From Paraspadella gotoi (lineage: Eukaryota > Animalia > Chaetognatha), in NCBI GenBank assembly GCA_051294375.1, contig JBJCIZ010000028.1, positions 551,623-615,622 on the forward strand: DNA of 64,000 nt, given 5' to 3'. The position numbers and the translations under genes are program-made. The stretch's first letter is position 1. Each line of letters starts with the position of its first letter. The notes under the pieces are model-generated. The model had not been told where the DNA came from. It ran no database searches and saw only the letters and a program-made list of their open reading frames with translations. This document shows positions 63,430 through 64,000 of the stretch, piece after piece.

Positions 63430-64000
63430 ATGAGCTCAACACCTCGGACCCCGCGCGTCGAGGGTTCGAACCCCCCACCCACGTCGAGCGCTTCGTCGGC
63501 TCTGGCGGGCGCCTCCGCCGCCGCCTCTTACAATGCGGCGCTGCAGATCGGCGTCCGCGCCGTCACTTTCCTTCTCAACGCCTTCACCCTGAGATTCGTT
63601 ACCAAGGAAACGTTGGGCGTCGTCAATGTCAGGTGAGGATCCAACGAGTCGAGTCACAAACGAAAAATTATTATCTAAATTAATAATTGAGAATATCAAG
63701 TTGTTGACTCGGGAAGTATTTATGATTATATAAATTGCTATAATTATTTTATTCTCGCATATTTAGATGGTTGCGAGTTCATTCAGTAAATTGAAAAATA
63801 AATATTTCAGTCTGACGTTCTCATGAAGGAAGGAATAGAATCAAGTTTAAATTGAAGTAATACAATATGCATATTTGATTAAAGTTTGTTTTAAACTTCT
63901 CTATCTCCCTCTTCACAGACTCGCCCTCCTCTACACCACGATTCTCGTCCTCTCCCAAGAGCCCTTCCGCCGCGCCTCCCTCTCCCTCTCCTCCGATCCG
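63430..64000 (+). CDS. RFT1: RFT1 (Man5GlcNAc2-PP-dolichol translocation protein), 3'-truncated by the window end
   Basis: Exon 63430-63632 encodes ..LQIGVRAVTFLLNAFTLRFVTKETLGVVNVR and splices to an exon starting at 63919 that encodes LALLYTTILVLSQEPFRRASLS. Confidence 0.9.

Noticed and set aside
12591-64000. Functional ER/Golgi quality-control gene cluster (FAF1, TMBIM4, GBA2, SELENOK, RFT1)
   Set aside because: These genes are interspersed with unrelated ones (EIF3D, EBP2, ACP7); the sequence alone gives no evidence of co-function.

Overview
This is eukaryotic, most likely animal, genomic DNA. Exons are GC-rich, introns are AT-rich and full of microsatellites, there are three N-gaps, and several stretches show noisy-read indels. 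The supplied ORF track is mostly uninformative because the genes are spliced. Reading exons by hand gives nine multi-exon genes, all on the + strand: a 5'-incomplete WD40 dynein intermediate chain (DNAI3/WDR63-like), a divergent FAF1-like UBL-UBL-UAS-UBX gene, an ACP7-type purple acid phosphatase, TMBIM4, EIF3D, EBNA1BP2 (EBP2), GBA2, selenoprotein K (UGA-Sec plus a SECIS) and the 5' end of RFT1. GBA2 intron 5 carries a 5.4-kb DIRS-type tyrosine-recombinase retrotransposon. It appears twice because an ~11-kb block is duplicated across an N-gap, probably an assembly artefact. The main points of interest are: (1) tandem repeats built from exon/intron junctions, creating arrays of splice donors in several genes; (2) tight co-orientation with apparently unpaired splice acceptors before start codons, suggesting operons with SL trans-splicing; (3) a DIRS element whose internal complementary region lies 5' of the ORFs; (4) a minisatellite between the Sec codon and the SECIS of SELENOK. 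Gene identities come from recalled family motifs, not database searches. Exon coordinates are hand-read and may be off by a few bases.
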